From NCBI GenBank assembly GCA_043798915.1, contig JAZDOG010000086.1:1-20647 (forward strand): a DNA stretch of 20,647 nucleotides, given 5' to 3'. The first letter of the stretch is position 1; every line of letters begins with the position of its first letter. The stretch comes from Pseudomonadota bacterium (lineage in GTDB: Bacteria > UBA10199 > 2-02-FULL-44-16 > JAAZCA01). The translations under genes were made by a program, and so were the position numbers. Of this stretch, positions 6,992 to 18,925 are shown in pieces. Under the pieces are notes generated by a model, which saw nothing but the letters and a program-made list of their open reading frames with translations, was not told the DNA's origin and searched no databases.

Positions 6992-8540
6992 CGGCACGAA
7001 GCTCGCGCTCGTCCTTCTGGCGGCAGCGCTCTTCGTCCGGCTACCAGGCCTCTTCTGCGGGTTCTATAACCCTGACGAAACCTGCTACGCAGCCATCGGC
7101 CAGAGGCTCCTCGAAGGAAAGTTCCTCTATCTCCAGATAATCGACCACAAGCCCCCTCTCATATATTATCTCTACGCGCTCTTCGTCTTCATCGGAGGAA
7201 ACAAGGCAATCCTTGTCGCGCATGCGGCTATGATTGCGATAGTGGCTGCAACAGCATATGCGATTTGCCACATAGCTGATTTCCTGAATGTCATTGCGAG
7301 CCCGAAGGGCGAGGCAATCCCTTTGAGTCCAGGGGATTGCTTCGTCGCTGCCGCTCCTCGCAATGACAGCCATGTCGGCCTATTGGCTGCCATCCTCTAC
7401 ATAGTCGGCACGAGCCTGGGCAAACCGAACGACGTCGCCGCAGCAAACGCGGAATTGTTCTTCAACCTGCCGCTGACGCTCTCCCTCCTCTTCGCAATCG
7501 TGTCGCTCGACCGGAAAAAACTCAGATTCATCGCGGCGAGCGGAGCCTTCGCCGGAATCGCGGTGCTCATAAAGCCGCAGGCCGCAGTGGCGCCAGCTGC
7601 GACGGGCTTTTTTCTGCTCTTCGCTTCCGGCCTCGCGATCAGGCAGAGATTGAAATCTGCCGCGGCATTTGCGGCCTTCCTGTCGCTCCCGCTTGGGCTC
7701 GCCGCATTTTTTCTCTCCGCTAACGGATCCCTCTCCGCGGCATGGTACTGGGGCGTGACGGTCAATTCGCTCTACATGGAGGGGCATGAAGGCGGCGCCG
7801 TGATGGCTCTGAGATTCTTCAAGCAATCGCTCTACATGTTCTCCGAGGAGTTTGCCCTGTGGATTCCGCTTATCCTGTGGCCCTTTTTAAAAAATCGCGG
7901 CGACCGGATCATCTCTGGGAACGGAAGGCTCATCGCGATCTGGCTCGCGGCCTCAGCGCTGGCGGTCGTGCCCGGCTTCAGGTTCTACGGGCACTACTAT
8001 CTGCAGATGCTCCCGCCTCTTTCCATCTTAAGCGCCTGTGCAGCGCTGAAACTCCTTTCCGCGGCAAAGGCGAAGAGGGCGCTTGTGGCATCGTGGTGCG
8101 CGGTCATCGCGATACCGCTCGTCTATTCATGGATATGGGCCACGCCCCTCATCGGGAAGGGACTGGAGCCGGAGGAAAATGCCGGATTGATCAGCTATCT
8201 CAAAGAGGCGACGCGCCCCGGTGAAAAAATCGAGGTGTGGGGCCGGTTCAACGGAATCCCGTTTCTCGCAGGCCGCGAAAACGGCACGCGCTTTCTGAAC
8301 AAGAACCTGTTGAGCGGAAGCTTTCGGCGCAAAAAACTCGTCAGGATGCCCGACGCGCATTGGGATATGTTCTTTGCGGATATTGAGAAAAACAAGCCCG
8401 AGTGGTTCGTCGACCACTCGGGCGTGGATATGAAAGACGCTCCGATCAACCTCTTTCCGAAACTCGCCGACTATATCGAATCACACTACACGCTGAAGGC
8501 GGAAGTGAACGGCAGCACCGTCTATCGCCGAAACCGCTGA
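6963..8540 (+). CDS. Second ArnT/PMT-like (GT-C fold) membrane glycosyltransferase, carrying an in-frame palindromic insertion
   Basis: 525 aa. NPDETCY, DHKPPL, LIKPQ and RFYGHYY parallel the motifs of the 4353-5915 protein, and both have VFYRR/TVYRR near the C-terminus. Confidence 0.8.
   Translation: MKNQTDRWLDGTKLALVLLAAALFVRLPGLFCGFYNPDETCYAAIGQRLLEGKFLYLQIIDHKPPLIYYLYALFVFIGGNKAILVAHAAMIAIVAATAYAICHIADFLNVIASPKGEAIPLSPGDCFVAAAPRNDSHVGLLAAILYIVGTSLGKPNDVAAANAELFFNLPLTLSLLFAIVSLDRKKLRFIAASGAFAGIAVLIKPQAAVAPAATGFFLLFASGLAIRQRLKSAAAFAAFLSLPLGLAAFFLSANGSLSAAWYWGVTVNSLYMEGHEGGAVMALRFFKQSLYMFSEEFALWIPLILWPFLKNRGDRIISGNGRLIAIWLAASALAVVPGFRFYGHYYLQMLPPLSILSACAALKLLSAAKAKRALVASWCAVIAIPLVYSWIWATPLIGKGLEPEENAGLISYLKEATRPGEKIEVWGRFNGIPFLAGRENGTRFLNKNLLSGSFRRKKLVRMPDAHWDMFFADIEKNKPEWFVDHSGVDMKDAPINLFPKLADYIESHYTLKAEVNGSTVYRRNR
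7290..7367. repeat. 78-bp REP/RPE-like palindromic element inside a CDS
   Basis: GTCATTGCGAG...CTCGCAATGAC terminal inverted repeat, inner GCAATCCC/GGGATTGC stem, and a CCC-GAA-GGG mini-hairpin. It spans exactly 26 codons in frame. Confidence 0.85.
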
Positions 8541-8557
8541 CCCCGTCCTCACAGAGT

Positions 8558-10999
<2,442 letters not shown>

Positions 11000-11009
11000 A
11001 AATTCTCCT

Positions 11010-12275
11010 TTATGCCGAATCAGCCTTCATCTCATTGTCATAGACAACCAGAGGCGGTTTGCTCTTCAGGATAACGTCCTCGTCGATGTGGACCTCGCGC
11101 ACGTTCTCGCACGATGGGATGTCATACATGATCTCGAGCATCACGGACTCGAGGATGGCGCGCAGCCCCCTGGCGCCGGACTTGCGGCGTATCGCCTCGC
11201 GCGCGACCGCCTCGATCGAGCCGGGCATGAACTCGAGCTTGACCCGTTCCATCTCGAATAGACGCTGGTACTGCTTGACCAGGGCGTTCTTCGGCTCTTT
11301 CGCTATCTTCACGAGCGCGCCCTCGTCCAGCTCTTCGAGCGCCGCCACCACGGGGACGCGGCCGATGAACTCCGGGATCATGCCGTATTTGATGAGGTCC
11401 TCCGTCTGGACCTCGCGGAGCAGCTCGCCCAGCTTCTTGTCCGTCTTTCCCTTGATCTCGGCGCCGAAGCCCATCTTCTTCTCGCCGATGCGGCGCTCGA
11501 CGATGTCCTCGAGGCCCACGAACGTCCCGCCGCATATGAACAGGATGTTCGCCGTGTCGACCGGGATGAACTCCTGCTGCGGGTGCTTGCGCCCGCCCTT
11601 GGGCGGAACGGAGGCGATCGTCCCTTCGATGATCTTGAGGAGCGCCTGCTGCACGCCCTCGCCCGAGACGTCCCTCGTGATCGAGGGGTTCTCGCTCTTG
11701 CGGCCGATCTTGTCGATCTCGTCGATGTAGACGATGCCGCGCTCGGCCCTGGCCTTGTCAAAATCCGCCGACTGGAGGAGGCTCAAGATTATGTTCTCGA
11801 CATCCTCGCCGACGTAGCCCGCCTCGGTGAGTGTGGTCGCATCCGCGATGGCAAACGGGACCTTGAGGAACCGCGCTAGCGTCTGCGCGAGGAGCGTCTT
11901 GCCGGTGCCGGTGGGACCGATGAGGAGGATGTTCGACTTCTGTATCTCTATCTCCTCGCCCGTCTGGCGGCTTCGCGACTCGATGCGTTTGTAGTGGTTG
12001 TGCACCGCGACCGAGAGGACCTTCTTGGCCTTCTCCTGGCCTATGACGTAGTCGTCGAGCACCGCCTTGATCTCGACCGGCTTGGGGGTGCCCATCCGCT
12101 CCCCGGCCGCGCGGGCGCGAGTGCCGTCCTCGGCGATGATGTCGTTGCAGAGCTCGATGCACTCGTCGCAGATGTAGACGGTGGGGCCGGCGATGAGCTT
12201 TCGCACCTCGCGCTGGCTCTTTCCGCAGAAGGAACACGACAAATTCATCGGATCGTCGATCGGGGGCCTGGTCAT
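11010..12275 (-). CDS. clpX: ATP-dependent Clp protease ATP-binding subunit ClpX
   Basis: CSFC...CDEC zinc finger, [34 protein letters not shown] loop, GARGLR. Confidence 0.98.
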   Translation of the reverse strand: MTRPPIDDPMNLSCSFCGKSQREVRKLIAGPTVYICDECIELCNDIIAEDGTRARAAGERMGTPKPVEIKAVLDDYVIGQEKAKKVLSVAVHNHYKRIESRSRQTGEEIEIQKSNILLIGPTGTGKTLLAQTLARFLKVPFAIADATTLTEAGYVGEDVENIILSLLQSADFDKARAERGIVYIDEIDKIGRKSENPSITRDVSGEGVQQALLKIIEGTIASVPPKGGRKHPQQEFIPVDTANILFICGGTFVGLEDIVERRIGEKKMGFGAEIKGKTDKKLGELLREVQTEDLIKYGMIPEFIGRVPVVAALEELDEGALVKIAKEPKNALVKQYQRLFEMERVKLEFMPGSIEAVAREAIRRKSGARGLRAILESVMLEIMYDIPSCENVREVHIDEDVILKSKPPLVVYDNEMKADSA

Positions 12276-12285
12276 AAAAACCTCG

Positions 12286-12915
12286 CTATTTCTTCTTTCC
12301 CTTTTCCGCTTCGCTCACCTTCGCCGGACGATAGGTCACAACCTGGTCGATCAATCCGTAGTCCTTGGCCTCATTCGCGCTCATGAAGAAATCGCGGTCG
12401 GTGTCGCCTTGAATCTTGTCGAGGTCCTGGCCGGTGTGCTTTGAGAGGAGATCGTTGAGCTTCTCTCGCATCCGCAGGATCTCCTTCGCCTGTATGGCGA
12501 TGTCCGCCGCCTGGCCCTGAAAACCGCCCATCGGCTGGTGGATCATCATCCTCGCATGAGGCAGGGCATAGCGCTTGCCCTTGGCCCCGGCCGCGAGCAG
12601 GACCGCCCCCATGCTGGCCGCCTGCCCCATGCAGAGAGTCGAGACCTCCGGGCGGACGTACTGGATGGTGTCATAGATGGCGAGCCCCGCCGTCACGACA
12701 CCGCCGGGGCAGTTTATATAGAGGTGGATGTCCTTATCGGGGTCCTCGGATTCGAGGAAGATAAGCTGCGCGATGATGACGTTCGCAAGGTCGTCGGTTA
12801 TGGGCTGGCCGACCAGGATGATCCTGTCTTTGAGCAGGCGGGAGTAGATATCGTATGCCCGCTCCCCCTTATGGGTCTGTTCGATGACCATTGGGACCAG
12901 TTCATTTTTTATCAT
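12286..12915 (-). CDS. clpP: ATP-dependent Clp protease proteolytic subunit
   Basis: [23 protein letters not shown] (Ser), MIHQP (His), DRDFFM (Asp). Confidence 0.98.
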   Translation of the reverse strand: MIKNELVPMVIEQTHKGERAYDIYSRLLKDRIILVGQPITDDLANVIIAQLIFLESEDPDKDIHLYINCPGGVVTAGLAIYDTIQYVRPEVSTLCMGQAASMGAVLLAAGAKGKRYALPHARMMIHQPMGGFQGQAADIAIQAKEILRMREKLNDLLSKHTGQDLDKIQGDTDRDFFMSANEAKDYGLIDQVVTYRPAKVSEAEKGKKK

Positions 12916-12956
12916 ATTTGGGCCTGTTTTTGCGTTTTTTGCATTAAATTTAACGT

Positions 12957-14261
12957 CTACTTCTCTTTTTTAAGCTTCGTATCTGTAATTTTAGCCTTAT
13001 CGACTATGAAATCAAGGGTTTTCTCGAAGAGCATTTGAGAGCGCAGCTGGTCCAGCTGCTTGTTTTTATCCAGCTGTTCCTTCACCTTGGCTACCGGCTG
13101 GCCGTTCTGGACGGCAATCTCCGAGATCCTCGCCTCGAATTCCGCATCGGATATCTCGATCTTCTCCTGCTTGCCCACGGCGCTGATGATCATGTAGCCG
13201 CGCGCCCGGTTCGCCGCCTCGCCGGCGTTCTTCTCGACGAACTCCCGCGGGTCAATTTTGATCTGATCGAGCGACTGGCCGCGGGCCTTGAGCTGGCGGT
13301 CCATCTGCCCCAGCATGTTCCCGAGCTCCGCCTCGACCAGCGCCGCCGGGACCTCGAGCTCCTTGTGCTTCTCTATCAGGAGGCGGATCGCCTGCTCCCT
13401 CAGCATGTTGCGGATGACGTGATCCTTATATTCGGCGATTCTCTTCTTCAGATCGGCGCGCACCTCGTCGAGTGAGGTGAATTTTCCAAGCTCCTTGGCG
13501 AACTCGTCATTCAAGTCCGGCACGATCTTGCGGCGCAGGTCCTTGAGCTTCACCTTGAACTCGCCCTTCTTGCCGGCGATCTCCTTTTTGAAGTAGCTCG
13601 CGGGATAGATGAAGGAGATCGCGCGCTCCTCCTTGGCCTTCAGGCCTTTGATCTCCACCTCGAACTCCTCGAGGAGGGCCCCCGAGCCGAAGTCGACTAC
13701 GTAGTTCTCGGCCTCGCTTCCGGAAAACGGCTTTCCTCCGGCGGTTCCCTTGAAGTCGACCATACCGACCATGCCCGGCCCCAGCTCCGCCTCCAAAGCT
13801 GGCTCGAGCTGCGTCATCTGGCCCTGCAGGCGGCGGAGCTCGACCTCCACCTCCTCGTCATCCACGGCCGCCTTCTCGCGCTCGAGCTTCAAGCCCTCGT
13901 AGCCGGCGGCGGTGAACTCGGGGTAGACCTCGAAATTGGCCTTGTATGAGAAGGTCTTGCCCTTTTCGATCTTGCCTCCGGGCTCGATCTGCGGATCCCC
14001 TATGGGGCGCGCCTGTGTCTCGCGGACGGCCGCGGGATACGTGTTGCGAACGAGCTCCTTTATCGCCTCGGCATTGAGCTCTTCTGAGAAGCGCTGCGCT
14101 ATGATATCTCCCGGAATCTTGCCCTTCCTGAAACCGGGGATCTTCGCCTCGCAGCGGATCTTCTCGGTCGCGGCGTCGATCGCCTTTTCCACGAGATCGG
14201 AGGTCGCCTCGACGCTCAACGTCTGCCTGATGGTGCCGATTTTCTCTAAAGAGGTTTTCAT
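12957..14261 (-). CDS. tig: Trigger factor
   Basis: [10 protein letters not shown] ribosome-binding signature, FKBP-like middle domain, position upstream of clpP. AAGGAG RBS precedes ATG 14261. Confidence 0.95.
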   Translation of the reverse strand: MKTSLEKIGTIRQTLSVEATSDLVEKAIDAATEKIRCEAKIPGFRKGKIPGDIIAQRFSEELNAEAIKELVRNTYPAAVRETQARPIGDPQIEPGGKIEKGKTFSYKANFEVYPEFTAAGYEGLKLEREKAAVDDEEVEVELRRLQGQMTQLEPALEAELGPGMVGMVDFKGTAGGKPFSGSEAENYVVDFGSGALLEEFEVEIKGLKAKEERAISFIYPASYFKKEIAGKKGEFKVKLKDLRRKIVPDLNDEFAKELGKFTSLDEVRADLKKRIAEYKDHVIRNMLREQAIRLLIEKHKELEVPAALVEAELGNMLGQMDRQLKARGQSLDQIKIDPREFVEKNAGEAANRARGYMIISAVGKQEKIEISDAEFEARISEIAVQNGQPVAKVKEQLDKNKQLDQLRSQMLFEKTLDFIVDKAKITDTKLKKEK

Positions 14262-14282
14262 CAATATTCTCCTTCAAATTTT

Positions 14283-14367
14283 TGGTGCGAGGGAGGGGAG
14301 TCGAACCCCTATGGATTTCTCCACCAGATCCTAAGTCTGGCGCGTATTCCAGTTCCGCCACCCTCGC
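14283..14367 (-). tRNA. tRNA-Leu (anticodon TAG)
   Basis: 85 nt: GCGAGGG/CCCTCGC acceptor stem plus ACCA, anticodon arm CCAGA-CTTAGGA-TCTGG, long variable arm, GTTCGAC T-loop. Confidence 0.96.
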
Positions 14368-14409
14368 ATTAGGGCCCTAATTTTCCGCCTGAATGCCAAA
14401 ATGGCGATC

Positions 14410-14438
14410 AAGCTAGCGATTTTCGACTGCAAAGGCAA
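14410..14438 (-). promoter_or_regulatory. Putative sigma70 promoter for tRNA-Leu/tig
   Basis: Minus strand TTGCCT (14438-14433), 17 nt, TAGCTT (14415-14410), upstream of the tRNA. Confidence 0.5.
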
Positions 14439-14459
14439 GAAATAGTCAAAAAAGAGACA

Positions 14460-15233
14460 TCAAATGCCCTTCTTCTCAGCTATGAGCGTCCAGGACATGC
14501 CGTTTGTGTGCGTGAGGCGGGAGATATTAACGGGAAGGCCGTCCACGAGCCGCTCCACCTCCTCCCGCCGCCAGTAGTGGGCTATATGCGGCAGCAGCTG
14601 GTCGAAGACGATAGCCTCCGTATGACGAAACGACCCCTCCTTCAAAAGGTTCAGATATTTGTCCCGATGCGGAAGCAGTAGATAGCCCCTGAAGAGGATG
14701 GTGATCGCCTTCGCGATGCATCTGGTGACGCGCAGATTGATGCGCGACGTCACGAAGGCCCGAAACGGATTGAACCACTTGAGATACCTCTCGTTCCCTT
14801 CGCGCGCATACACCCACACGATCAGCGTCCCGCCGACTTTAAGCGCTGCAACGAGTTTCCGCACCGCCTCCATCGGGCGCTCGAGGTGATGTATCACGCC
14901 GATGCAGAACACGATGTCGAATTCCTCCGCGAACCCGATGTTGTATATGGATCTGTAGGCGACCTCGCAGTTGGCAAACCCCTTCAGATTCTCCCTGGCG
15001 ACCGCGACCGTGCGCTCGTCGTAGTCAAACGCGATGCCTGCGGCGGCTCCGCCTTTCAGCGCCCAGAGGCTGTTGCGCCCTATCCCGCAGCCCGCGTCGA
15101 GGAACCTCTTTCCCTTGAAGAAGGAGAGCTCGACAGGGTTGATCCAACGGAGGAACTGCTTCTCGTGGATGGGGAGGATCTCGCGGTAGATATCCCACTC
15201 GAAGCCGAATTTTTTTTCAGTCCCGCTGCTCAT
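14460..15233 (-). CDS. Class I SAM-dependent methyltransferase
   Basis: FLDAGCGIG motif I and FDIVFCIGVIHHL. ATG at 15233 overlaps the upstream stop (ATGA). Confidence 0.88.
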   Translation of the reverse strand: MSSGTEKKFGFEWDIYREILPIHEKQFLRWINPVELSFFKGKRFLDAGCGIGRNSLWALKGGAAAGIAFDYDERTVAVARENLKGFANCEVAYRSIYNIGFAEEFDIVFCIGVIHHLERPMEAVRKLVAALKVGGTLIVWVYAREGNERYLKWFNPFRAFVTSRINLRVTRCIAKAITILFRGYLLLPHRDKYLNLLKEGSFRHTEAIVFDQLLPHIAHYWRREEVERLVDGLPVNISRLTHTNGMSWTLIAEKKGI

Positions 15234-15976
15234 GTTATACACCTTGCGACTGCAAAGAGCTGCGCCCCTCTCCTGCTTGAGTTGAGTTTGAACGCAAGCC
15301 GCAGCGCCGCACAGACGAAATTCTGAAAATGCGTGTATCGCTTCTCGCTGAATCGCTCCATCGTCTTATCGGGATTCAAATTGGCGAACCGTTTCGACCA
15401 GTCGTGAAACGGAAAGCCGCAGTTCCAGACCTTGACGGGTCTCCAGCCGGTCCTCTCGAGCAGTCCAGCCATCTCACCCGCGCTGAAATGCCTGTGGTGG
15501 CCTACCCGCCTCTCCGTCTCCCCCACCCTTCCGCTCTGGGTGGAGATGAGGAGCGTCCCGCCAGGTCTGGCCAGCGCCAGCGCGTTCTTGAGAAATATCT
15601 CAGGGTGCGGAAGGTGCTCGACGACTTCCGAGGCGAGCACGGCATCGAAGCGGCCCCGCAGTCCATCCGGAAACTGCTGTTCCGCACCGAGATCGAGCGT
15701 CCGCCACTCGACCGAGGGATCGGCCGCGAGGTTTGCCTCCGTCTGCGCGGGCGAAAGATCGATCCCGCAGAGCCGGATTCCCGGATATCTGTCCCTGATC
15801 TCCCTGAGGAGCTCGCCATTTCCGCAGCCGAGATCGACGAGATTCGCGGGCCTGATATCTCCGAGGATTTTCAGAAAAGCGGCGACGCGAAACCGAGGGG
15901 CTGCCATCTTGCGCCAATAATCCAGCCTGCCCGGCTGGGAGGCTGAATAATATTCCCGGTTAACATCGATGGCCAT
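15230..15976 (-). CDS. Class I SAM-dependent methyltransferase
   Basis: LVDLGCGNG, GIDLS, FDAVLASEVVEHL, PGGTLLIST. Starts directly after the upstream TAA. Confidence 0.88.
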   Translation of the reverse strand: MAIDVNREYYSASQPGRLDYWRKMAAPRFRVAAFLKILGDIRPANLVDLGCGNGELLREIRDRYPGIRLCGIDLSPAQTEANLAADPSVEWRTLDLGAEQQFPDGLRGRFDAVLASEVVEHLPHPEIFLKNALALARPGGTLLISTQSGRVGETERRVGHHRHFSAGEMAGLLERTGWRPVKVWNCGFPFHDWSKRFANLNPDKTMERFSEKRYTHFQNFVCAALRLAFKLNSSRRGAQLFAVARCIT

Positions 15977-17350
15977 TTATTTCTTCACCTTCGCGAGCCC
16001 GCAGTAGAGATGCGCGCAGGTGGCAATGCCCTTGTGGAAGTTCTCGAGTTTGAATCTCTCATTGGGCGAATGTATCACGTCGCTCGGCAGGCTGAATCCG
16101 ACGAGCAGAGGCGCAGCCTTGAGCTCGGACTGGAACGTCGCCGTGATCGGAATCGACGCTCCCTCGCGCACCATTATCGGCCGCCTTCCAAATCCGCTCT
16201 CTAGCGCGGTTGCGGCCGCCTTCACAAACGGGTTGTCGAGCGGGACCAGCACGGGCGGAGCGCTCTGCAGGACAGTCACGTTGACCGTGACTCCCGGAGG
16301 ACATATGCTCGTCAGATAATCCTTGAATTGTTTGGCGGTCTTCTCCGGATTCATGTTCGCGACCAGGCGCGAACTCACCTTGAACCCGCCTTCCGAAGCG
16401 ATGACCGTCTTGGGGCCGGGCCCTGAATACCCTCCCCAGATGCCATGGACATCGAGCGAGGGACGCGCCCAGTTGCGCTCGCTGGACGTAAACCCATTCT
16501 CCCCCCACAGCGCTGATATACTTAAATCCTTCTTCATCTCCTCGTCATGATTGCCGATCGACGCAAACTCCTTGCGCTCCGCATCGGAGAGCTTGACGAC
16601 ATCGTCATAATAGTGAGGGATCTGAATGACGCCATTCTCGTCCTGCAGCTTGGCTATCATCTTGCCGATCGCATTGAGGGGGTTTTGCACCATGCCGCCG
16701 AACGAGCCAGAGTGGAGGTCGCGCTTCGGCCCCTTCACATCGACCTGCAGATAGCACATGCCGCGCATCGCATACACCATCGTCAGCATCTCATCCGTGT
16801 GCCAGTTCGTGTCGCTCACGGCCACCGCATCGCATGCGAGCAGCTCTTTGTTTTGAACCACGAACGGGGACGTGTGCAGCGATCCGCATTCCTCTTCGCC
16901 TTCGACGAAGAATTTGACATTGACCGGAAGCTTGCCCGTGTTCTTCATCAGCGCCTCAAGGGCAAACAGATGCGCGCAGAACTGGCCTTTGTCGTCCGCC
17001 GTCCCGCGCCCGTAGATATAGCCATCCCTTATCGCCGGGTCGAACGGAGGCGTGGTCCATTTCTCGATGGGATCGGCAGGCTGGACGTCGTAATGCCCAT
17101 AGACGAGGATAGTCGGCGCGCCCTCGGCGTGGAGCCAGTCGCCGTACACGACCGGATGCAGCCCGGTCTCCATGAGCTTCACATTTTCGATCCCGATGTT
17201 CTTCAGCCTGCCCGCCAGCCATTCCGCGGCCTTTCGAGTCTGTGCGCTGCGGGCCGGATCGGCCGAGACGCTCTCGATCTTCAACCACTCGATCATCTCG
17301 CTCTCGTACCGCTTTTCGTTCTGCTTGATGAAACTGAGGACTTTTTCCAT
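15977..17350 (-). CDS. M20-family metallopeptidase (dipeptidase-like)
   Basis: YGHYDVQP, GRGTADDKG, EGEEE, DLHSG, GASIP, IHSPNE. AAGGAG RBS upstream of ATG 17350. Confidence 0.92.
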   Translation of the reverse strand: MEKVLSFIKQNEKRYESEMIEWLKIESVSADPARSAQTRKAAEWLAGRLKNIGIENVKLMETGLHPVVYGDWLHAEGAPTILVYGHYDVQPADPIEKWTTPPFDPAIRDGYIYGRGTADDKGQFCAHLFALEALMKNTGKLPVNVKFFVEGEEECGSLHTSPFVVQNKELLACDAVAVSDTNWHTDEMLTMVYAMRGMCYLQVDVKGPKRDLHSGSFGGMVQNPLNAIGKMIAKLQDENGVIQIPHYYDDVVKLSDAERKEFASIGNHDEEMKKDLSISALWGENGFTSSERNWARPSLDVHGIWGGYSGPGPKTVIASEGGFKVSSRLVANMNPEKTAKQFKDYLTSICPPGVTVNVTVLQSAPPVLVPLDNPFVKAAATALESGFGRRPIMVREGASIPITATFQSELKAAPLLVGFSLPSDVIHSPNERFKLENFHKGIATCAHLYCGLAKVKK

Positions 17351-17572
17351 AATGACTTCTCTCCTTTCGTTAGGAACTGCCACTCTGATCATTTATATTG
17401 AGGATGGTTGGCTCTCCGGTTTTTTTCATCCATTGATCTTCTTGAAGCTCAAAATTTAAAAAAAGGTTGCAAATCAATCAAATAGACCCTATCGGAAGGG
17501 TAGGGGCGGGAACCTATTGAAAAAAAGAATGGTTGTCAAAAGTCTTCTTGTCGCCCTGAACCTTTCATGGCC

Positions 17573-17587
17573 TGGCACGGCTTTTGC
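17573..17587 (+). promoter_or_regulatory. Sigma54 (RpoN) -24/-12 promoter
   Basis: TGGCACGGCTTTTGC matches TGGCACG-N4-TTGC with exact GG-N10-GC spacing, 56 nt upstream of ATG 17644. Confidence 0.75.
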
Positions 17588-17643
17588 CCAAATCCGTGTT
17601 TGAAGGCGCTGAGTTGGTGTTAAATTTACAAAAGGGAGAAAAC

Positions 17644-18879
17644 ATGGATAACCAATTGTTCGAAAAAGTTTCAAAGACTATCGATAGTTTCAGAAACGAC
17701 TCTGTTGAATTGCAGAAAAAACTGATCTCCACCCCAGCCATAGGCCCGGAAAGCGGTGGGGAAGGCGAAATGAAAAAGTATCAGCTGCTCGAACCTCTTC
17801 TCAAACAGGTTTCGGATGAGCTCACAACCATGCATGCCAAAGACGATCGCGTTCCTTCCGGTCTCAGACCCAACGCAATGGCAAAGATCAAAGGCAAGAA
17901 CAACAAGGTCAATCTGTGGATCATGGCGCACATGGACGTGGTCCCCGCGGGAGACGAAAAACAATGGAAGACAAAGCCCTTTGAAGCGACAATACAGGAT
18001 GGAAAGATCATCGGGCGAGGCGCAGAGGACAACCATCATGGGATCTGCGCAGGCTATTTCGCAATGAAGGCGCTCAAACAACTGAAGATCACTCCTCCTG
18101 TAAACGTGTGCCTCCTGCTCATATCCGACGAAGAGGTGTCGAATGAATACGGAATCACGCACATCATTAAAAACCACAAGTCGCTGTTCAATAAAAACGA
18201 CCTCTTCATAGTTCCGGATTCGGGCGACGAAAAAGGCGAAACGATAGAGTGCGCCGAAAAACACGTCGTCTGGCTCAAGTTCACGACGACTGGCAAGCAG
18301 AGCCATGCGGCGTTCCCCAACCTCGGCAAGAATGCATGCAGGGCCGCCGCCCATCTGATAGTGGCGATGGAAAAGCTGAGAGACAAATATTCGATGACAG
18401 ACAAGGTCTTTGTCGATCCGTCGTATTGCACGATTGAACCGACGAAGAGGCTCGCCAACGTTCCCAACGTGAACACGATCCCGCCTGAAGATGTAACCTT
18501 CTTCGACTGCCGCCTGCTCCCAGAGGTCAACGTGGACAAGTTCATCGCTGACGTGAAGGAAATCGCCAGGGGCGTGGAGAGCAAGTTCGGCGTAAAGATA
18601 GCAGTCGATATAGACAGCCTTATGCCAGCCTCCTACACGCCACCGGATTCAGCGGTAGTGAAAAGGCTTCAGATCGCCGCCAAGGCGGTATACAATACTG
18701 ATGCAAAACCGATTGGAATCGGGGGGGCGACTGTCAGCAGCCTCTTGAGGCAAGAGGGCTTTCAGGCAGCCTGTTTCGGCAAGATATTCGAGACCTGCCA
18801 CCAGCCGAATGAATTCACGACGATCGACGGCATTCTGGGCGATGCAAAGGTCTTTGCACACACAGCTTTGCAAGACTAG
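17644..18879 (+). CDS. M20-family metallohydrolase (ArgE/DapE-like)
   Basis: PAIGPESGGEGE, MAHMDVVP, GRGAEDN, SDEE, VPD, GKQSHA, CHQPNE. AAGGGAG RBS before ATG 17644. Substrate cannot be determined. Confidence 0.88.
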   Translation: MDNQLFEKVSKTIDSFRNDSVELQKKLISTPAIGPESGGEGEMKKYQLLEPLLKQVSDELTTMHAKDDRVPSGLRPNAMAKIKGKNNKVNLWIMAHMDVVPAGDEKQWKTKPFEATIQDGKIIGRGAEDNHHGICAGYFAMKALKQLKITPPVNVCLLLISDEEVSNEYGITHIIKNHKSLFNKNDLFIVPDSGDEKGETIECAEKHVVWLKFTTTGKQSHAAFPNLGKNACRAAAHLIVAMEKLRDKYSMTDKVFVDPSYCTIEPTKRLANVPNVNTIPPEDVTFFDCRLLPEVNVDKFIADVKEIARGVESKFGVKIAVDIDSLMPASYTPPDSAVVKRLQIAAKAVYNTDAKPIGIGGATVSSLLRQEGFQAACFGKIFETCHQPNEFTTIDGILGDAKVFAHTALQD

Positions 18880-18925
18880 TTTATTCCATCGGTTTGCTCC
18901 GCGACCGGTGGTTTCAAAACCAATC

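Noticed and set aside
11466..11477. ClpX MGF instead of IGF loop
   Set aside because: Within the normal hydrophobic-G-F variation of the ClpP-docking loop.
14283..14367. tRNA-Leu as an integration site
   Set aside because: Its 3' end runs directly into tig, the usual conserved arrangement. I saw no integrase or duplicated 3' fragment.
14369..14380. Perfect 12-bp palindrome TTAGGGCCCTAA just upstream of the tRNA
   Set aside because: Single short occurrence with no supporting context; could be chance.
18887..18914. Hairpin CATCGGT/ACCGGTG after the M20 gene as a terminator
   Set aside because: Short stem, 10-nt loop and only a weak T-run; not enough support.
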